Virus record (IMG/VR): IMGVR_UViG_3300027977_000007
Direction: 5' to 3' (one strand)
Origin: a virus
DNA: 64,000 nt
A program made the translations under genes and the position numbers. The notes beneath the pieces were generated by a model. The model saw only the letters and a list, made by a program, of their open reading frames with translations, searched no databases and was not told the DNA's origin. Positions 20,477-30,657 of the stretch are shown in pieces; position 1 is the stretch's first letter; each line of letters starts with the position of its first letter.

Positions 20477-21706
20477 TTATTTTTGTTCAACTCTACTAAT
20501 TAAATCAAGGATTCTTTTAGTAGAAGGGTCAACATAAGCAGTCGATTCGTTTAGTTGTTTTGAATTACTTGTGCTGGCCTCTTTGATTATTTTATTTTCT
20601 ACTACTTCACGAACGGTTTCTCTTTTTTCCAATTCACTAGCAATAGTTCTGTACAATCTTTTTGACTCTTTAAGGTTAGTAACACCAGTATCAAATCTCT
20701 TGATAATGTTTTGTTTCTCAGCCTTGGTAGTCGAATGCTCCATAAACAATCTTGTTACATATGTAAGATTGCTATTGAAGATAACTGTTTCTACAAGCTT
20801 GGTTCTAAATTCTTTTAAGCCATCTCTGAACATTTCGTTCTCAACCTTTAATTTTTTAGCTTCACTTAATAGGGTATTATATTTGTTTGCTGTTTCGGTA
20901 AGTAATTTCTTTGTAGCGATACTTTCGTCAATTTTTGACTTAGGGTTTTCAGGAGCACCGATTGATTTAGGTCCTTGGCCACGGTGAGTACCTACACTCA
21001 TACCTACACCAACACCAATTTTTTCGTCAAGCGTTTCTTCTTCTTCCTCTTCATCACCCATTTCTTCATCACCCATTTCTTCATCACCCATTTCTTCATC
21101 ATCACCTTCGATATCATCAACAGGTACGAAGTCACTTGATTCTTCTTCATCATCAAGTTCAATCTCGTATTCCATATCGTCATCGTCAGATGCTGGTAGA
21201 CCAGATGCTGGCAAACCAATGTCAGATGTCTTAACAATATATTCACCTGGTTCTGAAATGTTTAAACGTATTTCATCACCAACGATATTGATTTCATCTT
21301 CACCGCTTAATTTTTTGTAAATTGCAATAACTTCATCGTCTGATGCAGCTGTCATGTCCAATTCATCTGATGATTCAAAATCATCCATTCCGTTTTCGTA
21401 TGAGTCTTCATCATCAGATGATGCCATAGACATATCGCCTAATTCATCACCCAAGTCATCACCCATATCATCGATTGACATGTCATCTTTAGTTATTTCT
21501 TCAGAAGTCATTGTGTCATCATCTTCGATGTCAACATCAACGCCTTCTTCTTCATAAGCCTCTCTAGCTAATGATTCTTTCACAACCCCATCAATTTCTT
21601 CTTTAGCAATGCTACGAAGTATTTCTTTCGTGTTGGCATCAAGAGCATTTTGAATACTTTTAATATCCAATAATGCTTCCTCAAGTATATTTTTTTTCTC
21701 TGCCAT
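20477..21706 (-). CDS. gp22: Prohead core scaffold protein, gp22-like
   Basis: Highly acidic with a coiled-coil C-terminus; lies between protease and capsid genes; EEMGD repeats. Confidence 0.75.
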   Translation of the reverse strand: MAEKKNILEEALLDIKSIQNALDANTKEILRSIAKEEIDGVVKESLAREAYEEEGVDVDIEDDDTMTSEEITKDDMSIDDMGDDLGDELGDMSMASSDDEDSYENGMDDFESSDELDMTAASDDEVIAIYKKLSGEDEINIVGDEIRLNISEPGEYIVKTSDIGLPASGLPASDDDDMEYEIELDDEEESSDFVPVDDIEGDDEEMGDEEMGDEEMGDEEEEEETLDEKIGVGVGMSVGTHRGQGPKSIGAPENPKSKIDESIATKKLLTETANKYNTLLSEAKKLKVENEMFRDGLKEFRTKLVETVIFNSNLTYVTRLFMEHSTTKAEKQNIIKRFDTGVTNLKESKRLYRTIASELEKRETVREVVENKIIKEASTSNSKQLNESTAYVDPSTKRILDLISRVEQK

Positions 21707-21823
21707 TGTGTTTTATTTGTTTAGTAGATAAATATGATTTAGTTATTCATCTTATTTGATAATAAATATATCTAGTTTTCAAAAAAGACATTTATATAAA
21801 AAAAAAAATGATAAAAATTTGCA

Positions 21824-22543
21824 TTATAATAAAAATTTATTTAAATCATCGATTAAATTTTCTTTTATAACATTTTTAGTGGTGGTAACGCTCTCAACGT
21901 AAGGCTTAGCTTCTTCAACATTTTTAAATATCCATGCATCTGGTGTTGATGGTGCGGTAACTATATCCCAACAAATTATCTCGAAATCTTCTTGGACTAT
22001 TTGTTCACCGTTCTTACCTTCTTTTAGCGAACCTACACCTCTAGATGAAACACCTATCTTAATTCTATTTCTTAATAGGTTAGCAACTTCATCACCCTTG
22101 GTTGAAACGATACCATAATTAATAAAGCCTGGAGTCATTAGGATTTCCATCTTACCCATTAGTGTATGACCTTCCCACCATGTTTCAATAATATTGTGAG
22201 ATATTCTATCGATAGAAATAACTGAACTTTCTGGGTGGTCACATTCACCTACAGCACCTCTAGATTTAATTAATTCTTGATATAGTTCATTTTGTTTTCT
22301 TAGAATGTGTTCTGGGTAAACCCTACCATTTCGGTTTAAGATACCGTATTTTTGTAGTATAACATATACAACTAGAGGTTCACCGATAATTACCTTACCA
22401 GTTTCTAGTTTTTTCATTTCGTTAATGAATGGTAAATTTCTAGGCTCATCAGGACTAATGTAACCAGCGTCTTGTTCGATGAGGAATCCAAAACCACTTT
22501 GACCACGCTTGATAACCTTAATATCGTTATAATTTATTTCCAT
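21824..22543 (-). CDS. gp21: Prohead core protease, T4 gp21-like
   Basis: NRNGRVYP, GECDHP, GVSSRGVGS, DIVTAPSTPDA. Confidence 0.95.
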   Translation of the reverse strand: MEINYNDIKVIKRGQSGFGFLIEQDAGYISPDEPRNLPFINEMKKLETGKVIIGEPLVVYVILQKYGILNRNGRVYPEHILRKQNELYQELIKSRGAVGECDHPESSVISIDRISHNIIETWWEGHTLMGKMEILMTPGFINYGIVSTKGDEVANLLRNRIKIGVSSRGVGSLKEGKNGEQIVQEDFEIICWDIVTAPSTPDAWIFKNVEEAKPYVESVTTTKNVIKENLIDDLNKFLL

Positions 22544-22577
22544 AACATTAGCTTATAGATATAAATATAGTGGATAA

Positions 22578-22608
22578 TAAAAAAGGCCCTATTTTTGGTA
22601 GGGCCTTA
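22578..22608 (-). terminator. Intrinsic terminator
   Basis: aaggcccta/tagggcctt stem with U-run. Confidence 0.75.
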
Positions 22609-22613
22609 TTAAT

Positions 22614-23054
22614 TTACTTTTTTCTTTTATGATAAGAAAATGCGTCATCGCATTCAAATACCTTATCAATGATGTGTTGAGTTATATCTTCTAATTGATT
22701 TTTTACTGAATCTAAGGTTTCACCAATCTCTTCATAAACAAATATGGTTATCTCACAATTCATAAAGCTACGCTTACCAAACTTGATTCCAGATTCTCTA
22801 ATATCAAAATCAACAATCGTTCTATCCTTGATAAATATTTCATTTTTACTAACAAAACGATTATATATAACTTGCTTAATTTTCTTATGATTATTTCTAA
22901 TGATTCTTTGGTAGTTTTCTTCAGAATTATTCCTTGGGTCCACCCATGCTGAAATATTAATGAAAACAGCTTTTGGATGTTTATTATTTATACTACCAAA
23001 TATAACATTATATTCGTTAAATTTATTTATCTTAAGTTCTTTTCCTGTTTTCAT
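22614..23054 (-). CDS. Hypothetical protein
   Basis: 146-aa ORF in head module. Confidence 0.7.
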   Translation of the reverse strand: MKTGKELKINKFNEYNVIFGSINNKHPKAVFINISAWVDPRNNSEENYQRIIRNNHKKIKQVIYNRFVSKNEIFIKDRTIVDFDIRESGIKFGKRSFMNCEITIFVYEEIGETLDSVKNQLEDITQHIIDKVFECDDAFSYHKRKK

Positions 23055-23106
23055 TTTTAAATATTTTATACAAGTATAACAAAAAAAAATGAAAGCGTCA
23101 AGTTAT

Positions 23107-23886
23107 TTAATCTAAATTAGACTTTAATTCTACTAATTTTGAAATATTTTTTGAAAAATTTTCATCAATTGCTTGAACTGTATTTAACAATTTATCCTTA
23201 ACTTGTAATAGCTTATCTTTAGCGTTTAAATCAGCGGTACTAAGCTTCTCATTTATCAAATCAATGCATTCTCTAACCAGCTGAGAGTAAATCTCTTTTT
23301 TCTCCAATTCATTTGAAGATATAAGAACCTTAAGAATCTTCTTTTCCGATTCAGATAATGATTCATATTTTTCATTGTATTTAGTAATCATTAGATTGGA
23401 AATTACACTATTTGGTAGACCGATTTGTTCAATAATAACCCTTGGTTTATTATTTAAGATATACTTAATAACTTTATCCGTTGATTCAACAATAGTATTA
23501 ATATTATTTGAAGCTTTTTTGGTAAAGATAAGCTTTGAAATATTTTCATATAAGTCATTTGTTTCATCAACAATATCCCAAGTAATTAGATTAGCCAACT
23601 TGGTATTTGCCTCTAATATATCCTTTATTTTATACTTAGCCATTAAGTCAATATTTTCTTTTACAAATAATAAAGCCTTACCAGCATCAGTTTCACAGGT
23701 ATTTTCAAGGTTATTATAAACCATAAATTGAGTGCGAAGAATTTCGTTTTCTTTTATGGTTTTTAAATAAGTTTTAAATACATTATTTTTACCATTATCT
23801 TTAATAATGATATTTTCAGCTAAGATATTATTAAAGTTATCTTTAATCTTACCAAAATTTTTTACTATGCTTGCTATATTTGACAT
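23107..23886 (-). CDS. Hypothetical helical protein, probably a prohead core component
   Basis: 259 aa, between portal and protease, behind the late motif. Confidence 0.55.
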   Translation of the reverse strand: MSNIASIVKNFGKIKDNFNNILAENIIIKDNGKNNVFKTYLKTIKENEILRTQFMVYNNLENTCETDAGKALLFVKENIDLMAKYKIKDILEANTKLANLITWDIVDETNDLYENISKLIFTKKASNNINTIVESTDKVIKYILNNKPRVIIEQIGLPNSVISNLMITKYNEKYESLSESEKKILKVLISSNELEKKEIYSQLVRECIDLINEKLSTADLNAKDKLLQVKDKLLNTVQAIDENFSKNISKLVELKSNLD

Positions 23887-23931
23887 TTTGTGTGTTTAAT
23901 TAATAAATATCTTATACATGATAAAGAATTA

Positions 23932-25998
23932 CTATTCACCTAACATTTTATCAATACCATTAATCATAGTATCAATTTCTTCGTTAACCTTAACATTCTT
24001 ATCGTAGACCTTAACCTTTTCATCGATATGTGTAGTCTTTGGCTTAATTGACTCAATCAAGGTGTTAACAAATCGACCACGGTACTTTTCAGTCCTTTTG
24101 TTTAATTTATTAGCCAATATAACCTTCTGTTCACCCAATACACGCTTTATTCTTTTTACAGATTCGGCAACTTGTTCTGGTGTTTCTTCATCACCAAAAG
24201 TTAAATCTTCACCACCTTCTGTATTTGTGTCAGTACCTTCTGGTGTTTCACCTTCTGGCGTATCACCTTCTGGTGTATCACCAAAATCTAGGTCTTCACC
24301 ACCAGTACCGCCACCACCAAATGAACCACCTAGGCCACCGCCACCGCCACCGCCACCACTAGCAGCTGCGTCACCGCCTTCACCTCCACCATTACCACCA
24401 CCTTGTAGTGCTAAGTCCATATCACCATAGACTCTATCAACTACATCAAAGGTACCAGTATGCTTGATAACATTTGCCGAATTAGCTAATTCAGCAGAGG
24501 CAGCTTTTTCTATTCGTTGTTCAAGTAAATCTGATTTTATTTCATCATCTGACCAACCCATAATTTCTCTATGTGCACGAGTCCATGACATCGTAGCAAA
24601 TCCATTACCAGTATCTGATACTGCATCTTTAAGTAACGTAACTTTTTGTTGCATATGTTCAACTCTAAGCATATCAGCTTGTGTTGATGGATTATTTAGG
24701 GTTAATGTAAAATTATCAAAATCTTCTTCAAAGCCTAATAAGTATAAGTGAATAATAGCTATCTTATTTAATTCTTGAATCATTGATTGTTGAATCCTAT
24801 TGATTGTTCTAGAAAATCTAATATCTTGTAGTGCAAGGTTTTTACCATCACCAGTAGTCTCATCGAACCCTAAGAATGGCTTAGGCACACGTAATGCAGT
24901 AAATAAGTTATTCCTTAAGTATTCAATATCTGCAATCTGGTCAAGATTAGTTGCACCTGGAAGCGTATCAATTGGGCTTGGTGCATCTTCACTTCTAACT
25001 GGTATAAAATAATCTTGGTCATTAGCCATTTGATTATATCTTAGGTCCATTTGACCAGTTTGTGAATCCATTACTTGTGCACGTTTGAATCTATCAGCGA
25101 TACTATTAACATATGCTGGTACATCAGCATCATCAATATTACCTACGTATATTTTGTATATTCTTCTTTCTGGTGCTCTAGTAACACGATACACCAACAT
25201 AGCATCCTCAGACATGATAAGTTGTTTCCAAATACGTCTAGCTTTTTCTAAAAAGCTTGTACCATATGGTAAACGTTTATCCTCACCCAATAATCTAAAG
25301 TGGGCCATTTGCCATGAGTTGAACTCAACATTACGACCCCTCCATATAAATTTTGTTTTATCTGTTTTGTTAGATGATAAATCTACCTCTACAGTACTTC
25401 CGTTAATAACACTAAATAAATCATTCTCCCTACGGTCCATTTCATAGTTTGGCATTTGCTTAGCGCCAATAATACCGTTTGCATCATCGATATTTAAATA
25501 AACGAAATTATCACCGTATTTACATGTGTTTCTAGTCCACATAGGTAATGATGTATGAATATCAAGCCTATTATAAAATAAGTCCTCTAATATACCCTTA
25601 ACACGCTTACTATCAGAATAAATATTCATTATTTTACCCTTATCGTTAACGGTTGTGGATTCTTCCATCATTACGTCTAATGCGGCAGCGATGGCTGGAT
25701 AAAACTCCATATTCTCAAAATCACTATATGATGCAATTCTTGTTGTTTCATAGTTGATAGATTGTTGAAATAATCCGCTATCAACTCTAGACCATTGATT
25801 TGCTAGAAATCTATTCTGTTGTTGTTGTAGCTTAATCCTATCAAAATCAGCTTTATTATCCGTTTTTAATAGAACATCACTACCAATATTATATCGTTGA
25901 GTATTTGTTTTGGCTTGTGCTTGTTTTGGTCTAGTGTTCTCAGGATTAATAACTTGTCCAAGACGTTGAAATATAGTTAAATTATTTTGCTGTGCCAT
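23932..25998 (-). CDS. gp20: Portal protein, T4 gp20-like
   Basis: EDAMLVYRVTRAPERRIYKIYVGN, DYFIPVR, IDTLPGA, LRVPK, DIRFSRTI. Confidence 0.95.
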   Translation of the reverse strand: MAQQNNLTIFQRLGQVINPENTRPKQAQAKTNTQRYNIGSDVLLKTDNKADFDRIKLQQQQNRFLANQWSRVDSGLFQQSINYETTRIASYSDFENMEFYPAIAAALDVMMEESTTVNDKGKIMNIYSDSKRVKGILEDLFYNRLDIHTSLPMWTRNTCKYGDNFVYLNIDDANGIIGAKQMPNYEMDRRENDLFSVINGSTVEVDLSSNKTDKTKFIWRGRNVEFNSWQMAHFRLLGEDKRLPYGTSFLEKARRIWKQLIMSEDAMLVYRVTRAPERRIYKIYVGNIDDADVPAYVNSIADRFKRAQVMDSQTGQMDLRYNQMANDQDYFIPVRSEDAPSPIDTLPGATNLDQIADIEYLRNNLFTALRVPKPFLGFDETTGDGKNLALQDIRFSRTINRIQQSMIQELNKIAIIHLYLLGFEEDFDNFTLTLNNPSTQADMLRVEHMQQKVTLLKDAVSDTGNGFATMSWTRAHREIMGWSDDEIKSDLLEQRIEKAASAELANSANVIKHTGTFDVVDRVYGDMDLALQGGGNGGGEGGDAAASGGGGGGGGLGGSFGGGGTGGEDLDFGDTPEGDTPEGETPEGTDTNTEGGEDLTFGDEETPEQVAESVKRIKRVLGEQKVILANKLNKRTEKYRGRFVNTLIESIKPKTTHIDEKVKVYDKNVKVNEEIDTMINGIDKMLGE

Positions 25999-26040
25999 TG
26001 TTTTATTTCTATTTTAATTATTATTTGTTAAAAGTCAAGA

Positions 26041-27825
26041 TTATTTAATACCACGAAATAACCAAGCATATTGACCTGTTGGGTCTTGCATATTCTTAGA
26101 TACAATCGGGCTGAAATTAGGTCTAGAATGATTAACGCTATTACCACCTTGTTTGCTAGAGAAACCAGTTCCACGTTCTTTCTCTATTTCAATTGGTTGG
26201 CTACTACCAAGTATCCAACTACTTAACATAGCTTTATTTTGTTTTTCTAAACGCTCTAGATTCTTAAAAGAGTGTTCTAGGACCCAAAGGGCCATAGCCA
26301 ATGCCATTATTAGGTCATCATGGAAACCATCTTGATGGTCTGGTTTACCGTTCTTATAGATGAATGTCTTTAGCTCTGTCGCTAATCTAATTGAGCGAAT
26401 CTTAATTTCATTTGTTCTAATTTTATATTCTAAATTAGAAATCATCGGTAAACGAACAGATGTTGCTTGAAAACCAGGTATTTTATTTTCTTTATTATGC
26501 GATGATAACTCACGTTGTCTAGCAGATAAAATCTTACCATTTTGTGTATCATAATGTAGCCTCTTATAATCAAATTCTAAGAGTTTTAATACCGTAGAAA
26601 CACCCATACCACCAGTAATATCAACTACGGTATAAGCCTTATATAGATTACCATATTCTTCGACTATCTGGGCCATTAAGTCTGGTTGTATCTTACCTTG
26701 ATATTCCATAACTTGTTCCATAGTTGTAAAATCAACAATAACCATCGTGGATGAATCTTGACCGTCACCCCTAGCTATATCGACACCGACTATGTACTGA
26801 TGACCTTCTTTAGGTTCAGCCCATATCCAGAACTCATTATCAGCACCACTAGTATATAAGGGGTCAATAACATTATGTTTAACTTGATACTCAATATATT
26901 CTTCCTCAATCACGTTACCACCAGACCCAATAAATGATACATCTAGTTCTTGAGCAATCATCTTACGGTCATTATTCATACCCAAACACATCTCTTCATA
27001 CCAAGATGAAGTTGGTTTCCAACCATCATTTAATCTTCTATTGTATGAATCAAATGTGAACTCTACTTCTTCTTCAATCTCATCACCTCGTAACCATCTA
27101 AGGTCTTTGTTATAGCGCAAATCTTCATACCATTTCATTTCAATGATATTAAAATTATTATCTTTTGTTTTAGCCTTAGCATATGTTCGATAGTATAGAG
27201 AATCCATACCATGTGGCGTTGAAATTAAGGTAGCCTTACCACCACTACCTAAAGCGGTTAACGCAGCACCAAATACTTCAGCACCGTTATCAATAAAGGC
27301 TGCTTCATCCATTATAAGGTATGTTGGTGCGAAACCACGTAGAGCATCCTTAGATGTAGCAACCGCTTTAACACGGCTACCATTTGGAAGTCTAATTTCT
27401 TTTTTTGAATCAACGATAAATATTGACTTAGCTTCGTTTTTAGGGTTACCATAATATTCGGTACCCCAAATCCATCTTGGTAATTGGTCAAGAAAGTCTT
27501 TTATCTTACCCAAGAATTCAAATGCTAATTCTTGTTTGTTTGCGATGATTAGTACCGCTTCTGGGTTATTCTCGTCAGCAAAACCAACCTTTATAGACAT
27601 GTAAGCGGCTGTGGTTGTTGACACACCAGCTTGTCTAGGCTTGGTGACCAAATTAAACCTATGCTGTTCGTAGGCTAAGATAATTTCTTTTTGTCTTGGG
27701 AATAATTTGAATGGGACAAAACCTTCTTGTGTCTTATCAAATGTAACTAAATATGTTTCAATTGCGTATGTTGGACTAGCTAAACATTTAGCGTATTCTG
27801 TATATATTTCTAATGTCGTTAGCAT
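26041..27825 (-). CDS. gp17: Terminase large subunit, T4 gp17-like
   Basis: KPRQAGVST, LIMDEAAF, ISTPHG, GVDIARGDGQDSS, HDDLIMA. Confidence 0.95.
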   Translation of the reverse strand: MLTTLEIYTEYAKCLASPTYAIETYLVTFDKTQEGFVPFKLFPRQKEIILAYEQHRFNLVTKPRQAGVSTTTAAYMSIKVGFADENNPEAVLIIANKQELAFEFLGKIKDFLDQLPRWIWGTEYYGNPKNEAKSIFIVDSKKEIRLPNGSRVKAVATSKDALRGFAPTYLIMDEAAFIDNGAEVFGAALTALGSGGKATLISTPHGMDSLYYRTYAKAKTKDNNFNIIEMKWYEDLRYNKDLRWLRGDEIEEEVEFTFDSYNRRLNDGWKPTSSWYEEMCLGMNNDRKMIAQELDVSFIGSGGNVIEEEYIEYQVKHNVIDPLYTSGADNEFWIWAEPKEGHQYIVGVDIARGDGQDSSTMVIVDFTTMEQVMEYQGKIQPDLMAQIVEEYGNLYKAYTVVDITGGMGVSTVLKLLEFDYKRLHYDTQNGKILSARQRELSSHNKENKIPGFQATSVRLPMISNLEYKIRTNEIKIRSIRLATELKTFIYKNGKPDHQDGFHDDLIMALAMALWVLEHSFKNLERLEKQNKAMLSSWILGSSQPIEIEKERGTGFSSKQGGNSVNHSRPNFSPIVSKNMQDPTGQYAWLFRGIK

Positions 27826-27857
27826 AATATTTTATTATAAATATGCTAATAACGAAT

Positions 27858-27877
27858 AAAGGCCCATATGGGCCTTT
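27858..27877 (-). terminator. Intrinsic terminator
   Basis: aaaggccca-ta-tgggccttt. Confidence 0.7.
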
Positions 27878-27879
27878 AT

Positions 27880-29190
27880 TTACATTAATTCATCTAAGTC
27901 AAATCCTTCTGGTTCTTGACTATCATCGTCACCAAATAATTCCTTAAAACCAAACCCATCCGAATCTTGTTCACCAAAAAGTTCTTTAAATTCAAAGCCT
28001 TCAGAATCGTTTTTTTCTTTATGTATTTTATTAGAATCAATCTCATCCATAGCTTCATTGAAGTCATCTTCTTGTAAACTAGCTTTAACTTCATCGACTA
28101 CCGCTTTAATTATTTTTTTACCTTCTTTGGTATTAGCCATAATTTCTCGCATCTTTACGTTAAACTCTCTAACTGGCAATGCAGCCAATTCAGAATATAT
28201 GTGATGCTTTAAATGGAAATCATCTGGTTCGATTAAGTTAGTAAATCTACTCCATAATGCTGGACCTATACGCATATCCCAAGGTTCAGCAGCCAAAAAA
28301 TCTGCCTTATTAATAACATATTCACCGATTCGTTTATTCTTAGGTAAGCCATGTGCAGATAATAACTCCATAACACCCTTAACCAATTCGTGAATTAATA
28401 CTGGGAATACTAAGGCTTGTGCATATATTACGGCTTTTGGATTAGACTCAGTTGGGAATTGTACTCTAACTACGCCACCATTTTTTGAATCCTCAAGATT
28501 TGGTAAGATATAATAAGTGTAATCAGCGCTAGCCATCATCTTAGAATACTTATTTGGCAATCTAGGGTCCATATCAGTTAATTCCTCATCAACCAAATGA
28601 AACATATGATTACATTTTTTTGCTGAACCCTGTGTCATAGCATTTAGGAATCTACGCTTATAAACTTCTTCATTAGCATTAACTAATTCGTCATGGTTCT
28701 TAAAGCTAGACTCAGTTGACATTGGCTTGGCATTTTTAATCGTTCCAACCATATTAATTTCGTTAGTTAATTCACAATTAATTTCAACAATGTCATCAGC
28801 CATATCAAATTCTTCACGAATCATCCTTTCGGCTAGCTTTTCAAGCTTTTTTTTGTGCTTTGCCTCTAAGCCTTGGGTTTCATAAACCAAGGGCATTAAT
28901 TCACTTAAAACAACTTTATTATCAATAGAATCAACATCATAAGCTCTCTTATAACGCTTTGCAACTTCACTAAAACGTTCACCCATAATCTTTTCTTCAA
29001 AGGTTGATTCATCATCATCTGGAAATATTGGATGCTTACCTAATGAGTGTTGTCGATTCATTAAATCTGATTCTAATTTAGGTGCCATTCGTTCAGATAA
29101 TCCTTCTGGATAAACAACGCTTTCATTTAAGCCTTTGCTTTTATTTGCTCTGTTTAAAGCAGATTGGAGAATTTTTTTATAATCACTCAT
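27880..29190 (-). CDS. Hypothetical protein (head-module associated)
   Basis: 436 aa; duplicated GFxFKELFG at the C-terminus. Confidence 0.7.
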   Translation of the reverse strand: MSDYKKILQSALNRANKSKGLNESVVYPEGLSERMAPKLESDLMNRQHSLGKHPIFPDDDESTFEEKIMGERFSEVAKRYKRAYDVDSIDNKVVLSELMPLVYETQGLEAKHKKKLEKLAERMIREEFDMADDIVEINCELTNEINMVGTIKNAKPMSTESSFKNHDELVNANEEVYKRRFLNAMTQGSAKKCNHMFHLVDEELTDMDPRLPNKYSKMMASADYTYYILPNLEDSKNGGVVRVQFPTESNPKAVIYAQALVFPVLIHELVKGVMELLSAHGLPKNKRIGEYVINKADFLAAEPWDMRIGPALWSRFTNLIEPDDFHLKHHIYSELAALPVREFNVKMREIMANTKEGKKIIKAVVDEVKASLQEDDFNEAMDEIDSNKIHKEKNDSEGFEFKELFGEQDSDGFGFKELFGDDDSQEPEGFDLDELM

Positions 29191-29191
29191 A

Positions 29192-30229
29192 TTATTTGCT
29201 TATTTTTTTTATTAGGTTTTCTTCTAATTGTGCTTTACTAATAATACGTCTTTCGGTAGTTACTTGTGCTTGTGGTTCAGTATCACCAGTTGCGATATCT
29301 TTATAACTACTAATAATGGTACTTAGTTTCCCAAGCGGTACACCAATTTCTTTAGCCATAGCGGTTAGGAATTGAGCTTGTTCTATTGGTTTATCTAACT
29401 TAGCTAAGTAAATACTAAATTTATTTTTTATAAGATTAGCTAACTTGGTAACATCAGCCTGTAACTTAGGTACATCAGTACCATCGGTACTAACAGCTTC
29501 AACCTCATTCATTGCAGATTTAAAATAATTACCAAATCTAAAACGTTTCAAGCCCTTAACATCCATATAATCTTCATCTGGCCCTAAACCTTGTCCAGAT
29601 TTAATCATATCTCTATTTGTTTTAAATTTTGCAACAACCTCACCAGTATTTATGTTAACAAAAAAATGTTTAAATGATGGGTCGATATCACTTAAATTGA
29701 TATAAGCCATAAGTGAACCCTTATCTTCATCTTGTTTAATTTCCTTAACATGTGGAACCACTTGTATATCTTGCCCAACCATACCCATAGCTTCTTTCAT
29801 TGGCTTGGCGATGTTTTGGTCAAAGTATTCCATCGTATGAATAATATTCTCATTATTTTCATTAAGGTCATCAAAACAATATACACCCATAACAACAGCA
29901 TTAGCTGAGTTAATCCCCCTAACCAATTGATATTGCTTATCACCAATATTAAACGGCTTTGAAACATCACCAGTATTAGAATCCTTAACGTTTGATAAAT
30001 ACCTTAGTGTTTCAGCGTCCTTTGGTTCTATGATAGCATCTTGTTCCATCATCGATGACATAGACGCACCCATATCTTTAGCATTGCTTTTACCACCCAA
30101 TTCAAACTCAATATCCTTGTTAGTTTTTTGAATTTGAGACATGCTCTTTGTAATAGCTGGATTTTTAAGGTCGTCTTTGCTTACATGTATCTTAAATTTG
30201 TCATCTTCAGAAATATTGTGTTTTTTCAT
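29192..30229 (-). CDS. Hypothetical protein
   Basis: 345-aa ORF in late operon. Confidence 0.7.
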   Translation of the reverse strand: MKKHNISEDDKFKIHVSKDDLKNPAITKSMSQIQKTNKDIEFELGGKSNAKDMGASMSSMMEQDAIIEPKDAETLRYLSNVKDSNTGDVSKPFNIGDKQYQLVRGINSANAVVMGVYCFDDLNENNENIIHTMEYFDQNIAKPMKEAMGMVGQDIQVVPHVKEIKQDEDKGSLMAYINLSDIDPSFKHFFVNINTGEVVAKFKTNRDMIKSGQGLGPDEDYMDVKGLKRFRFGNYFKSAMNEVEAVSTDGTDVPKLQADVTKLANLIKNKFSIYLAKLDKPIEQAQFLTAMAKEIGVPLGKLSTIISSYKDIATGDTEPQAQVTTERRIISKAQLEENLIKKISK

Positions 30230-30232
30230 AAT

Positions 30233-30625
30233 CTATTTTGTGTATTTAAGTATTAGGTCTTTTTCATAAAGTTTATCTTGTGTCTCAGAAATGGTTTCAC
30301 CAAACCTGAAACTAAGTCGTTTATCTGGATATGTTTCATACGCATTCACATTCTCCCAAGCCAATGCGATAACATCATCCACAGCGTCCCAAACAGCAAA
30401 TGTATCACTGTTTTGAATTACGTCCAAGTTTAACTCAGACTCTAACCTACCAACCTTTTTAATGTAAAATTCGTCTGGTGGTTGTGGTCTACCAGATGCT
30501 GGATAGGTATCCCAATCGACACCATCAACATCATCAGTTGTGTCAGAGAATATAAACTCATAAAAATAGTTACCCTCATAATTTTTACCGACATAATTTA
30601 TATAAATTAAAAAAAATTCATCCAT
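30233..30625 (-). CDS. Hypothetical acidic protein
   Basis: 130-aa ORF. Confidence 0.7.
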   Translation of the reverse strand: MDEFFLIYINYVGKNYEGNYFYEFIFSDTTDDVDGVDWDTYPASGRPQPPDEFYIKKVGRLESELNLDVIQNSDTFAVWDAVDDVIALAWENVNAYETYPDKRLSFRFGETISETQDKLYEKDLILKYTK

Positions 30626-30657
30626 TAATCATTCAATAATTCAAAGCATTGTTATTT

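Noticed and set aside
21040-21105. 15-bp tandem repeats in the scaffold gene (also Gly and Pro-Ala repeats at 24.2-24.4 kb and 33.3-33.4 kb)
   Set aside because: In-frame coding repeats of low-complexity linkers.
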